Origin: Eledone cirrhosa
Lineage: Eukaryota
Direction: 5' to 3'
Assembly (NCBI GenBank): GCA_964016885.1
Contig: OZ024751.1
Span: forward strand, 40,610,001-40,674,000
DNA length: 64,000 bases
Positions 12,375 through 27,104 of the stretch are shown here, one piece after another. Positions within the stretch are counted from its first letter, which is position 1. Each line of letters starts with the position of its first letter. The position numbers and the translations under genes are program-made. The notes under the pieces were generated by a model. It was given only the letters and a program-made list of their open reading frames with translations. It did no database searches and was not told the DNA's origin.

Positions 12375-12600
12375 ACAAATACATCTGAAAATTCCCCTTC
12401 TAGTGACAAATAATCTATAAATTCACCATTTTGTGACAAATACATCTATAAATTCACCATTTTGTGACAAATACATATGTAAGTCCACCATTTTATGACA
12501 AATTCATCTATAAATTCACCATTTTATGGCAAATTCATCTATAAATTCATAATTTTACGAGAAATAAATAACGTAAACCTAACATTTTGTGAAAAATAAA
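12375..12600. repeat. About 31-bp tandem repeat (GACAAATACATCTATAAATTCACCATTTTGT)
   Basis: About 6 degenerate copies. Confidence 0.8.
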
Positions 12601-12897
12601 TAATGTATACAGGTTTTCTTTACTTCAAAGAGAATACCCACAAAAGAATATAAAAACAACAAAGAAAACAATCTATCTCTTACAAATTAAATAAAGGCTT
12701 ATTTTATTTCTTCTTTTGCCCTTTTCTTAGTCTTAATTTTAGTTATAATTGTTTAACTTCGTGAAAATCACAATCACTTGTGAAAACAGGAAGTGATAAT
12801 TCTCTTTCATTTGGCAGAAATAACGACAATAACAATAACTACAATAGCATACTTTGTATATTGAGGGGTCTAGAATAAACAGACGCTGAAATTAGGC

Positions 12898-12983
<86 letters not shown>

Positions 12984-13096
12984 CATATACATACACACAC
13001 ACACACATAAATCTTAGTAATTTATACATATATACATAAATACATACATGCATACACACACACATTTCTTCATAATTTATACATATATACATATAG

Positions 13097-13174
<78 letters not shown>

Positions 13175-13317
13175 GCATACATACATACAAACACACACAC
13201 ATATATATATACACACACACATACGTATATATATATATGCATACACACATATAGCCGTGGGCACTAACGAAAGAAAATAGCAATCAGCACAATTTAGAAG
13301 TTAAGTGCATATATATA

Positions 13318-13393
<76 letters not shown>

Positions 13394-13444
13394 TATATAT
13401 ATATATCTATATCTATATCTATATATCTATATCTATCTATATAC

Positions 13445-13475
<31 letters not shown>

Positions 13476-13515
13476 TGTATGTATGTATGTATGTATGTAT
13501 GTATGTATGTATGTT

Positions 13516-13556
<41 letters not shown>

Positions 13557-13847
13557 TTGTGTGTGCTTGTGTGCGCGTACGTGAGAGTATGTGTGAGTGT
13601 GTCTTTGTATTTGTGTGTCAACTAGTCTTGTGTAAAGGTATTAGATTAAATACAGCGAATCTTATAATATAAATGGTTCGGCCATCCATGAAACATACTC
13701 AGCGCATCTTTTCTGTTCAGAAGAAGTAAATGTCTGACATCGGCCAAGGAAAAGTCAGTGGATTCATTGGCGTAATTTGGCGGAAACAACTATCTTTTAA
13801 ATCAGTGAAGTTGTTAGGAAACAAGGGCACCGCCATTTTTTGTTGTT

Positions 13848-14002
<155 letters not shown>

Positions 14003-14003
14003 G

Positions 14004-14085
<82 letters not shown>

Positions 14086-14221
14086 AGACATCAATGTTTC
14101 TAATAAAATTAAAAGTAGCTAGGTTGGTTGTCAGTTGTGATGGTGATCTACCAGAAATAATGATGATCCAAATTATTTCAACCATAAATGATTAACTTAT
14201 GATGACCCCTGTTAGTTTTCC

Positions 14222-14319
<98 letters not shown>

Positions 14320-14979
14320 CTATATGTGTATGTGTGTGTATATATCTATATGTGTGTATATATATATATATGTGTGAGTGTGTGGTGTGTGTTTTAAAAC
14401 CTTCATTACTCTGTGAATATTGTCAAAGATGGCTGTGATAACATCCGTTCATTCACCAATAAAGTTGAACCTCTCTTTTGATCAAGCTACTCCATTCCTC
14501 TCTGAAATAAAAATAAGAGAAAATAAGAGAACAAACAAGAAACAAAACAAAACAAATTGATTGGAAATAACCTCCATCTTAATCTCATATAAATGTATAT
14601 TTTATGGCATTAAACTATTAAAATATTGTACCACATGATACTACATTAAAAAAGTACAAAAGTACAAAACAGCATCATGACTGCATAATATTAAATATTG
14701 AAGCTATTAGATTAATACTACAAATATTCACAACAATTTCTCCATTAAAACCCACACGAAACCATAACTGTGTGATGCGCTATAACTGCATCACACGAAA
14801 CATCTTTTAAAAAGTCTTGATTTCCACAACGATCTGTCTACCAGTAAAGATACTATAAACATTTGAATTAACAAACCTGTTTTTTTTAAATATATATTTT
14901 CTGCTAAATCATTGACATTAATTGGCAACAATATATTGTCTTGATGTGTTCGTCTTGTTAACATTATCTCCCCCTTCTC

Positions 14980-15662
14980 TGTGTGTATATGTATGTGAAG
15001 TATGTGTGTAGAGTATGTATGTGAAGTATGTGTGTAGAGTATGTATGTGAAGTATGTGTGTCTGTGTGGAGTGTGTGTATATGAGAGGTGTGTAGTGTAG
15101 TGTTGTGAAGTGTGTGTGCGTGTGTGTGTGAAGTGTACTGTAATGTTGTGTAGTGTGTGTGTGTAGTACAGTGTATGTATGTGTGAGGTTTGTAGTGTAG
15201 TACTGTGAAGTGTGTGTGTGTGTGAAGTGTAGTGTAGTGTGGTGTATGTGTAAGGTGTGTGTTTGTGTAGAGTGCATGTAGTGTAATGTAGTGTGTATGT
15301 ATGTATAAAGTGTAGTGTAGTGTGTATATAGTATGGTGTATATATGTATAAAGTGTAGTGTAGTGTGGTATAGTGTAGTATGGTGTATATATGTATAAAG
15401 TGTAGTATAGTGTAGTATGGTGTATGTATGTATAAAGTGTAGTATAGTGTGGTGTATGTATGTATAAAGTGTAGTGTGGTGTATATATGGTGTATGTATG
15501 TATAAAGTGTAGTATAGTGTAGTGTATGTATGTATAAAGTGTAGTATAGTGTAGTATGGTGTATGTATGTATAAAGTGTAGTGTAGTGTAGTGTAGTATG
15601 GATGTATGTATGTATAAAGTGTAGTGTAGTGTATATATGTATAAAGTGTATAGTGTAGTGGT
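14980..15662. repeat. Degenerate (GTGTA)n/(TAGTG)n pentamer-based satellite
   Basis: Directly visible. Confidence 0.85.
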
Positions 15663-16139
15663 TTGTTCTAATCTAGACCAGCTGGTCTCACTGAATATGT
15701 TGATAAACTACAACTGATGGATAGAACAGATAACTCGTTGCATCTTTGAATATTTTCCTATAAATAAGGAACAAATTATGTTGAGAAATATGGCAGTGAC
15801 ATTCTGTTGGCGCTTGTTCTAGTTCCAGTTGCTGTTGTTGTTGTTCTAGTTGTTCTAGATGATGATAATAAGGATGTACTTTGAGTGTCTAAGCATGTTC
15901 CCCAATCACATTGAATTAATTATTTAAATTATTTCGTGTATTAAAAAAAATTAAGGGTCTGTACATTTCTGACAAAGTTTTATAATATTTACAATTAAAA
16001 AATAATATTTAAATAAAAAAAAAATTGAAAGTGAAAGAAGAAAAAGAAAAATGAGAATTAAGCAACGAAAGAAAGGGAGAGGTGGAGGAGGTGGAGGAGG
16101 AGAAGTGTGTACAGACTGTACACCCCAGTCTGAGAGATG

Positions 16140-16356
16140 ATTCAGCCATGCAGACAAAATGGCGAAAGTATTGCTACGGAGAATGGCAAGGGACTCCCGT
16201 TGCAACAGCCACTCCTTACTCAGGCGAGCTGTTGTCTTTCCGATTTTGCGGAGGAAATCAGCAACGTGGAGATCCAGGACACTGGAAGTCTCGACGGTGA
16301 CCAGTATAAAAAGGAAGCGGTCGGTTAAGCTCCGGTATTTCTTTATCTTCCTCTCC
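16140..16356 (-). mobile_element. 3' fragment of an RLE-type non-LTR retrotransposon (CRE-like restriction-endonuclease C-terminus)
   Basis: Minus frame reads ERKIKKYRSLTDRFLFILVTVETSSVLDLHVADFLRKIGKTTARLSKEWLLQRESLAILRSNTFAIL, matching the K..KY..L...F.P..VET.G...L.QR.S.AI.RGNA pattern. Confidence 0.75.
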
Positions 16357-16454
16357 TTTTATATATATTCTTTAAACATTTCCATTTGTCTTTCATTTAA
16401 TCTCATCCTTTCATTTCTTTCCTTCATTTGAAAACATTTATAAGTCAGTTCGAG

Positions 16455-16664
16455 AGTAGCACAGAGGAGACTGAGGTTAGCTGGGCATGCTCACCGACAT
16501 CCAGAGTTGACACTGCACTCAGTGCACCCTGTGGGAGCCCCTGCATGGACACACTGGAAGAGGAAGACCGAGGTTAACATATGTTGATGCCCTAAGGACA
16601 GACACTGGTCTGTTGGAGACGCAGGACATGGCAGCGATAATGATCTCGGAATTTTACCCGCCCT
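16455..16664 (+). mobile_element. 5'-truncated RTE-type LINE 3' end (internally deleted copy)
   Basis: Same sequence as 39124-39398 and 51095-51349; ends TTTTACCCGCCCTA then an AT repeat. Confidence 0.85.
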
Positions 16665-16684
16665 ATTATATATATATATATTAT

Positions 16685-16765
<81 letters not shown>

Positions 16766-17579
16766 TAAAATTTATTTTTATTTTTTCCTCCTTTACACAA
16801 AGACTTCATTTACTGCAGAGTAGTAGTAAAGATCTGACCTGCAAAGTTAGCAACCCAGTTTCGGCTCCCAGAATTGATTCCTTTTTACTCGCTAATTCCT
16901 ATTAAAATCACATACATTGATGTTAGATATTAGGGACCCTACTCCGTCCCCAGAAAGTGTTTAACTTTACAAGAAAATTTCCAATTGTTTTATTAGTTTT
17001 ATATTTTCCCATAAATTCAACCCAGGAGAAATATGTGCGCCGCCAGGTTTTAATTTTATGTTGGCATTTCTGCGACATAATCAAGATTTCAGGGACATTT
17101 ACCTTCACTATTTATAGATTCAAGATGGCAAACTGGCAGAGTGTGTGTGACAGCTCACACCTATGCAGGTTTAGCTGGCCTCCTCCAAGGTATATCGCGT
17201 TGGAGGTGTCTTGGGTAATTTAATGATAGGGACCCCTGTCCTATCATCTCATTTCTACAGCTGAGTAAACTGGAGCAATGTGAAATAAAGTGTCTTGCTC
17301 AAGGAAACAACACATCACCCGGTCCGAAAATTGAACTCACAACCTTTCGATTGCAAGCCCAATGCTCTAACCACTAAGCCATGAACCTTCCCTTTCTGGT
17401 ATTTGTTCCGGCTCTCTGCTCTCTGAGTTCAAATCCTACCAAACTCAACTTTGTATTTCATCCATTCCAGGTCGATAAAATAGTACCAGTCCACTTTTCC
17501 TCTAAAGTGATAGAATTGGCTCTAAATTTGAAACCATTATAAAACAATGTCTACCTCTGTAACATTGAACAACATCCAC

Positions 17580-18075
<496 letters not shown>

Positions 18076-18135
18076 CTATATATATATGCATATTTACACT
18101 ATATATATATATGCATATATACACTATATATATAT

Positions 18136-18258
18136 ATAAACGTTTGTATTTGTAAAGCCAAAACAATGCAGGTGTGGACATACCTGCATTGTTTTGGCTT
18201 TACAAATACAAACGTTTATACCTCATTACACAATGCTTCAAGTGAACTATAGCTTCCT

Positions 18259-18261
<3 letters not shown>
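18136..18261 (+). mobile_element. Fold-back family J insert in (TA)n; second copy at 41885-42922 is interrupted by a Helitron
   Basis: AAACGTTTGTATTTGTAAAGCCAAAACAATGCAGGT / ACCTGCATTGTTTTGGCTTTACAAATACAAACGTTT hairpin plus a tail of about 40 nt. Confidence 0.7.
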
Positions 18262-18303
<42 letters not shown>

Positions 18304-18449
18304 AAAAAGTTTAACCCCTACGGCTAGTCGAAACGGCTTGAGCGCTGCCGTCGGAGTTAAACTTTTTCCTATTACCCACTCTACTACCTTAAGTATTGAG
18401 TACTCTGGTGCGTTATGGTCCATTTGGTTCCTTACCACACCTCCTTCGT

Positions 18450-18481
<32 letters not shown>

Positions 18482-18482
18482 T

Positions 18483-18803
18483 CTCACTCGCATCACATAA
18501 CAACAATACGGCACAATTATTTCACCCCAATTGGCCCTGCACTCTTTAACATTACACCAAGACATATCAAAGCAGAGACAGACTCCATCAAGTTCAAGAA
18601 GTCTTTGGATAAATTCCTTCAAGAAATCCCGGATAAGCACCCTACACCCAGATATGTCTCCGTAAGCAATAACTCTCTGCTCGAGTGGGCCATGGTGCCC
18701 AAACACTGAATTGTAAGACTTCGCCAGGTGGTGCTATTAAGTTAGACATGGCCTGGGCCAATACTGGCCGAAACCTATCAAAGTTATCAAAGTTATCAAA
18801 GTT
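18483..18803 (+). mobile_element. 5'-truncated CR1/L2-group LINE 3' end
   Basis: Peptide NYFTPIGPALFNITPRHIK...FKKSLDKFLQEIPDKHPTPRY...NNSLLEW (RT C-terminal pattern), short UTR, terminal (TATCAAAGT)x3 repeat. Confidence 0.78.
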
Positions 18804-19638
18804 ATTTATATATATATATTGTCGAGGTTAACTTTGCCTTTCATCCTTACGGGGTCAATAAAATAAAGTACCAGTAATGCACTGATGTAATTGCTGGACT
18901 TGTGGCAAAAGTAGAAACAATTATTATTACATTCAAGAAACTATCAGTTTCATAGACATAGTTGACACGTGTCTCTTTCTCTGACACACAGATGCAGCCA
19001 GCCCCATACATAGACACACAGAGACACGCACACACACACGCACATAAAGACGTACACACACACGCATACACATTATACAAAGGCTGTGTCATGCAGACAC
19101 ACAAACACACATACACGCAGACATGCACATACACATAAACACACACATACACACATTCACACATCACATTATATAAAGGCTGTGTCACATAGACACACAC
19201 ATATAGACATACACACATATCATATAGAGGCTGTAACATAAAGAGACGGACTTAAAATGTCTTCTGACAAAACTGGTGTGATGTCATTGGTGCATGACGT
19301 CATGTTTGCTTCGTTTCGTTTTGTTTTTATATTAGATCCAGCCATATTTTTATAGATGCCTCTTTGCTGTACTTCTCTGCTGGGGGTTCCGTTTTGATAC
19401 ATCTACCAACGCAGTGGAGGCCATGTTTAAAAAAATAGTCATCTTTTAACAAGAAAAAATAAAACAAAATAAGAATAATAACAACAACAAAGCAAAAACA
19501 GTAACAAAAAAACAGCAACATAAGTTTATTTATAATGTTAGCTTACTCATATACAAACAGGCTTGTCGAGAGGATGGAAGAAAATGAAGATATAGATGGA
19601 TAGAGAGAGAGAGGGGGAGATAGAATTAGTATATATAC

Positions 19639-19734
<96 letters not shown>

Positions 19735-19743
19735 ATATATATA

Positions 19744-19916
<173 letters not shown>

Positions 19917-20062
19917 AATATATATGTGTGTGTGTGTATATATATTCATATATATATATATATATATATATATAATGAAGAAGAATGCTGGTGATATAAA
20001 ATGTGCAGTAATGAGTATGTGATGTTGAGATAGTTACAGAGAGAGGGAGAGAGAGAGAGAGA

Positions 20063-20145
<83 letters not shown>

Positions 20146-20307
20146 GTGGAGGTGGAGTATATATCATGCAGATCTTATGATGGTGTATTGTTTTTTCAAA
20201 GTCAGATTGCTAATGAAAGGTAAACATGATATTCAGGATTAGTTATGTCGTCATACACGCACTATATATACACATATATATATATGTATATGTATATATA
20301 TATATAC

Positions 20308-20376
<69 letters not shown>

Positions 20377-20448
20377 CATATGGGAGGGGGTATATATGCA
20401 TATATATATTTAAAGGCACATGCACACATATGCAAAACACAGACACAC

Positions 20449-20536
<88 letters not shown>

Positions 20537-20914
20537 ATATATATATATATATGCACACACTTATATATATGTTTACATATATATATATATACACACACAT
20601 ATATACATACACACATATATATATATATATTTACATATATATATATGTATATATATATATAGATGTATATATACATATAAGTATGTAAATATATGTATAT
20701 ACATACACGTAGACACACACGTATGTATTTACATATATATATATGTATAATCACACGCGCATCACCAATATCGTTAACCATTCTCGAACGACGTGTCATG
20801 AGCCAATATTTTAGTTATTATCGCAGTTATATCTAGTCAACATTAATGAAAGTATTTATCATATTTGTGCAGCAGATACAAATGAAATGAAGCTGAAAGT
20901 GAATAAATATAGAG

Positions 20915-21577
20915 ACTAACTGAACCTTGCCTGAGCTGCATCTCGTCTGAGCTGAACTGGTCTGAGCTGAACCTCGCCTGAGCTGAACCTAGTCTGAGCT
21001 GAACCAGGTCTGAGCTGAACCTCGCCTGAGTTGGAGCTCGTCTGAGCTTGATCTCCTCTGAACTGGATCTTGTCTGAGCTGAACCTCGTCTGAGCTGAAC
21101 TTAGGCTTAGCTGAACCTCGTCTGAGCTGGATTCGTCTGAGCTGAACATCGTCTGAGCTGAACCTCACCTGAGCTGGATCTGGTCTGAGCTGAATCTCGT
21201 CTGAGCTGGATCTCGCCTGAGCTGAACCTAGTCTGAGCTGGATCTCACCTGAGCTGAATCTCGTCTGAGTTGAATCTCGTCTGAGCTGAACCTCGTCTGA
21301 GCTAAACCCAGTCTGAGCTGGATCTCACCTGAGCTGAACCTCATCTGAACTGAACCTCATCTGAGCTGAACCTTGCATAACCTGTATCTCATCTGAACTG
21401 GATCTGGTCTGAGCTGCATCTTACCTGAATTGGATCTCGTCTGAGCTGGATCTCGCCTGAGCTGAACTTCGCCTGAGGTAGATCACGTCTGAGCTGAATC
21501 TCGTCTGAGCTGAACCTTGCCTAAGCTGAACTTCGACTTAGCTGGATCTCATCTGAGCTGAACCTGGCCTGAGCTGG
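20915..21577. repeat. 16-bp satellite (TCTGAGCTGAACCTCG), about 40 copies
   Basis: Directly visible. Confidence 0.95.
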
Positions 21578-21629
21578 AAATTCTTGTCGCATCTCTCATA
21601 ATTAGTATAAAAAAAAGAAAGAAAATCCC

Positions 21630-21956
21630 TGAAGAGGCCTTCCCACTTTTGTAGTGTTGATAAAACTGGAGCATCATCCCCTAATGTAGCAACAATGTCA
21701 GCATGAATGTCCTTGAGGCCAAAACCTCTTTTCTGTAAGTACTTGATAACACCACTATGCCAAATGTTGTCCATTTTCAAGAAAAGTCGCTACTAGTTAC
21801 TTTTGAAGTCTTCTTTGAACAGTCAGATGTCAGTCTACCTGGAAAGAAACAATGCCGTTATTAATAAGAAGAGTTGAAATGAATGCATGCAAAATTTCAC
21901 AGCTCTACCATCACTCCTTCATAGTCAATCTATGAACTTTTCAGCTCATCCTCGTA
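21630..21956 (-). mobile_element. Mariner transposon 5' fragment (TIR plus N-terminal HTH of transposase)
   Basis: Ends CTCGTA (TACGAG terminus). Peptide MDNIWHSGVIKYLQKRGFGLKDIHADIVATLGDDAPVLSTLQKW is a mariner HTH. TIR shared with MITEs at 41339 and 43097. Confidence 0.85.
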
Positions 21957-22198
21957 AAGAAGCAGCAATACACACCAACATCACAGCATGGTGAAGATGT
22001 GACAATGAAAGTTTAGAACATCTGTCGATGGATTTAGGGAACAACAAACGAAAATATCTAGGAATCATGCCCACAGCCGCTGATAAAAATATAAAACAGC
22101 CGGATTTATACAATGTAGGGTAAAAGAAAAGTTAACCATCATTTATACAAATATACATACAAACATAACCATACACAGACACTCACTCACACAGTCAG

Positions 22199-22264
<66 letters not shown>

Positions 22265-22304
22265 CTCTCTTTATATATGCATGCATGTATTTCTCCCCGC
22301 CTCA

Positions 22305-22335
<31 letters not shown>

Positions 22336-22340
22336 ACTCT

Positions 22341-22419
<79 letters not shown>

Positions 22420-22535
22420 AAGTGTTCGTGGTACAGAGACTGGGCAGATCACAGATTAAGGTAGTACTCGATGCATCTTTAGATACAGAGTTAGTGTAGC
22501 ACATTGAGTTCAAAAGCAGTAATCATACAGACCAG

Positions 22536-22574
<39 letters not shown>

Positions 22575-22784
22575 ACGAGTAGGACCCCGACGGCTGAGTT
22601 CAAGCCGTTTCGACGGCTAATTCTGGACTAAATGAACATTTTTATTTAGTCCAGAATTAGCCGTCGAAACGGCTTGAGCTCAGCCGTCGGGGTCCTACTC
22701 GTTCCTATTACCCACTCTACTACCCTAAGTATTGAGTACTTTGGTGCGTTATGGTCCATCTCGTTCCTTACCACATTTCCTTCG

Positions 22785-22832
<48 letters not shown>

Positions 22833-23120
22833 TTATATACAAGCTGTGACACACACATATATATGTACACATATGTGTGTATATGTATATATATATATAT
22901 ATATATATAAATATGTGTGTATACAGACTAGCCTATATATTTGTATATATAACAGTGCGCACTCCGATGATCTGACAGCGAGGAATTTAAGTGTAGAAAT
23001 AGAAAGTCGTAACCTTTATATATAATACTTGTTTCTCAACGGGAATGTTTTCTATCGTACTGTGAGTAGCTAATTATCTTGAGAAACTCAGCTAGTCCAA
23101 ATAAACACACAGACACTCAT

Positions 23121-23176
<56 letters not shown>

Positions 23177-23194
23177 TTATATATACATATACAC

Positions 23195-23359
<165 letters not shown>

Positions 23360-23368
23360 CATATACAC

Positions 23369-23492
<124 letters not shown>

Positions 23493-23530
23493 GTATATAT
23501 TTATGTATATATATATATGAATATATTTAC

Positions 23531-23591
<61 letters not shown>

Positions 23592-24794
23592 AAGCCCACC
23601 GTCTCCCCCTTGCCAAAACACCAACCCAGCTACATAACAACAACCCTCTCCACGAGACAACCTTGTAATTTAGCTTCCATCTTACTCGTCGCTAAATATT
23701 TAAAAAAAACAACTTTCTCACCATTCTTATTAATGTAAAATATAAAATGTTTTGACGAACCTTGGCCAAGTTTCTCTGTCATTTACAATATAACTTTCAT
23801 GATACATTTGAGAAATATATATCCTCGGATCCCAAATAATTGTTTCTACTTTTGGCACATGACCAGCAATTACTCAGTGTATTACTGGTACTTTATTTTA
23901 TCGACCTCCGTAAGGATGAAAAGGCAAAGTTAACCTCGGCGGGATTTGAACTCAGACCGTAAAGGGACGTAACTATGCTAGAAAGCATGGCGTCCAACCC
24001 TCTACCGATACTGCCAATTCACCTCGGATTCCAAATAATTGTTTCTACTTTAGGCACAAGGCCAGCAATTACCCAGTGCATTACTGGTACTTTTATTTTT
24101 ATCGACCCCGTAAGGATGAAAGGCAAAGTCAACCTCGGCGGGATTTCCAAATAATAGGAGAAGAGTTAGGTTGGAATAAGCAGGAGGTGGGTGGGTTGGA
24201 AAATTGATCATTTTTCTAAAGTGATTCCATTGATTGTTTTAAAAACCAGAATTAGTCGTTTAGTTTACATATTCTGAAAAATTAATTAGGGATGGAGTTG
24301 GGGGGAGGGCGGTGGGTCGTGGATTATTCGAGACCGGAGAGTATGTTTCATTTTGCTAAATTATAAAAAAATATGGAGTAAAATGAAATGAAATGTATTG
24401 CTGAAGAACACAACACACAACCCAGTCCAGCACACGAATCAAACCCACGACATTATGATCGTCAGCTCAACATCCTTACCACTGAGCCACGTCCCTTTAC
24501 AGGCGTGAATAAAAAATGGCGAGATTGTGTTATGGTCAACCATTAAGGGTGGTGGTGTCTTATGGTCAATTAATGAAGGGTACTGGTGTGTGTGTGTATA
24601 TATATATAAATAGGAAAATAGTCAGGACCCCGACGGCTGAGCTCTGGCCGTTTCGACACTAAGTTCAGAGATAGCTGTCGAAACGGCCGGAGCTCAGCCG
24701 TCGGGGTCCTGACTCTTTTCCTATTACCCACTCTACTATCCATAGTATCGAGTACTCTGGTGCGTCCACTTGGTTCCTTACCACACTTCCTTCG

Positions 24795-24826
<32 letters not shown>

Positions 24827-24831
<5 letters not shown>

Positions 24832-25019
24832 TGAGATTCTACAGGACTAGAACTGTTTCATTCATTAGAAATCATCAGGAATCTGAGATTCCTGATGATT
24901 TCTAATGAATGAAACAGTTCCAGTCTTGTAGAATCTCATCTATATTAAAACTTTTATACTCTGCAATGTATTGAGTACCTTACTTACTGTGGTTACCTCC
25001 GACTCAACCTGGAATAACG
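24827..25019 (+). mobile_element. Fold-back family B insert with hammerheads on both strands; copies at 36361-36550 and partial 7575-7620
   Basis: Palindrome centred at 24885; tail ends GGAATAACG-(TA)n. Confidence 0.78.
24885..24937 (+). ncRNA. Type I hammerhead ribozyme motif (mirror copy on - strand 24884-24833; also both strands around 36491)
   Basis: GAGATTC-CTGATGA-TTTCTAATGAAT-GAAA-CAG-TTCCAGTC-TTG-TA-GAATCTC: 7-bp stem I, intact core, stem III CAG/TTG (CAG/CTG in the other copies), GUA site at 24930. Confidence 0.75.
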
Positions 25020-25021
25020 TA

Positions 25022-25127
<106 letters not shown>

Positions 25128-25282
25128 GCCAATCATTGTAAGTTTGAATCTAACTGACATGCAGAAACATATATATATGAATAAGGTAAGGAGGAGGAGA
25201 AATGAGGTGCAACAGAAATGAAACATGGATTACAGCTAAAAATATAATATAGTCTAGATAGATGAGAAACAAAACGAAGATA

Positions 25283-26110
25283 TAGTTTATGGGGCACCCA
25301 AATGATTTAGAAGTCGACCTTAAGTACGAGCAATGCCATTAAGAAAGACATGAACGACACCACATGATTGTGTATTGAAAATTTTGAAAGTAAATTTATA
25401 AGTATGAATTTTCAAAAGATTTTCGTAGCTGTCTCAGTGGCCTAGTGGTGGGTACGAGAGTCGGTGGAGGTCCTGGTCTTGGGTTCAATCCTGGTCGAGA
25501 GGTACATGTCTTTTACACATTTATTTTACATCCAATAGAAAAAAACTGAAAAAGTTTACTTCAGACCAGGTCGCCGAGACAGCTACAGAAGTATGATGAA
25601 AATTAATAATTATAAACCTACTTTCAAAATCAAAGTTAAAAAGATGTGGTGTCGTTCGTGGCTTTCCTAGAGCTATTAGTCATATTTAGGGTCGACTTGT
25701 CAATCTTCTGACTCTTTGGTAACAACCCTATTATTCCTATGTGTGTTTAACTGTTGAATTAATTTAATTTGATTATTTTAACAAGCAAATAGAAACACGG
25801 ATTACAGGTTAAAGAGAGGGACATGTTGTCTTTTTCAGTTTTTATTTTACATCCAATAGAAAAAAACTGAAAAGTTTTATCGGGAACCCCGCTCCTGTGC
25901 AGGATCGAACTTCAGACCAGGATCTCCACCTTCTCTAGTACCTACCACTAGCCTACTGAGACAGCTAGGAAAATTTCATGAAAATTCATACTTATAAACC
26001 TACTTTCGAAATTTTCAATACAAAATCATGTGGTGTCGTTCATGTCTTTCTTAATGTTATTGCTCCTACTTAAGGTCGACTTCTAAATCATTTGGGTATT
26101 CCATAAACTA
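25283..26110. mobile_element. Fold-back/MITE-like element with about 210-bp inverted arms containing a tRNA-like head
   Basis: 25283-25493 is the imperfect reverse complement of about 25900-26110; a third partial copy lies at about 25520-25700. Confidence 0.7.
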
Positions 26111-27020
26111 CATCCAATGGTGGGTTGTGGTCAATAAATGAAGGGGTTGTTATGCTCAATCTAATTAAGAATAGTGGTAACTTATGGTCAATTATTAAGG
26201 GTAGTAGTGTCTTACGGTCAATTATCAAGGGTGGTGGATTAGGGTTAATTATTAAGGATAGTGGTGTTTTATGGTAAATTATTAAGGGTGACGGTGTGTT
26301 AGGGTCAACTAACACAGAAACTGGGGGTTGATACTGAAATATTTCTCTCTTATCAAATTCTGTCGATATTTTAAAACTACATTGGAATAAATAAACAAAA
26401 TATAACCGAAGAGATTTGTTTTCTTCAAACATTTGTTGAAGACGGAAATATCCGATTTCTTAGAAGAATTTTGGCAAAAGGAGAGAAGTCTGGTGTTTAT
26501 ACATTTACTAAGGAGCATTTACACGAGGCTTAGTTGGCGTGTTGGGATCACAATCGTAAGGCCGGGAGTTCGAATTTCGAACCCAGTGACATGTTGTGTG
26601 CTTGAGCAAGACACTTTATTTCATGTTACTTCAGTCCTCTCAGTTGGTAAAAAGGAGTTGCAACGACACTGTTTCAAGGTCTTATCGGCATCTGACTTTT
26701 TTCTTGGATAACATCGTGGGTTCGATTCCTGGACTGGGTTGTGTGTTGTGTTGGGTTCTTGAGCAAAACACTTCATTTCTCATTGTTCAAGTATACTCAG
26801 CTGAAAAAGAGTACCAATAGTAGTAATCGTGTTTCAACTCTGGGATGGACGGGCTTCCACACAGTTTCCGTTTACCTCAATTCAACTCATATGGCATCCA
26901 GTCAACTAAAATATATGGTAAATAATACTTGTCTAAGGTGAAGCCCGCGCAGCAGGATCGAAACATAGGAGCTATTGATTGCCAAGCGAACTCCTTAACC
27001 TTACACCCATATTGGCTGCG

Positions 27021-27104
<84 letters not shown>

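Noticed and set aside
16159-16431. Plus-strand first exon with AAAATGGCG start and Arg-rich peptide
   Set aside because: Better explained as the antisense of the RLE retrotransposon fragment.
22648-22680. Family A motif CCAGAATTAGCCGTCGAAACGGC as a hammerhead
   Set aside because: Has GAAAC but no CUGANGA and no convincing stems; at most a derived motif.
25425-25495. tRNA gene (also SINE heads at about 290-360, 26530-26585, 35240-35300)
   Set aside because: A/B boxes present but no complete cloverleaf; embedded in repeats.
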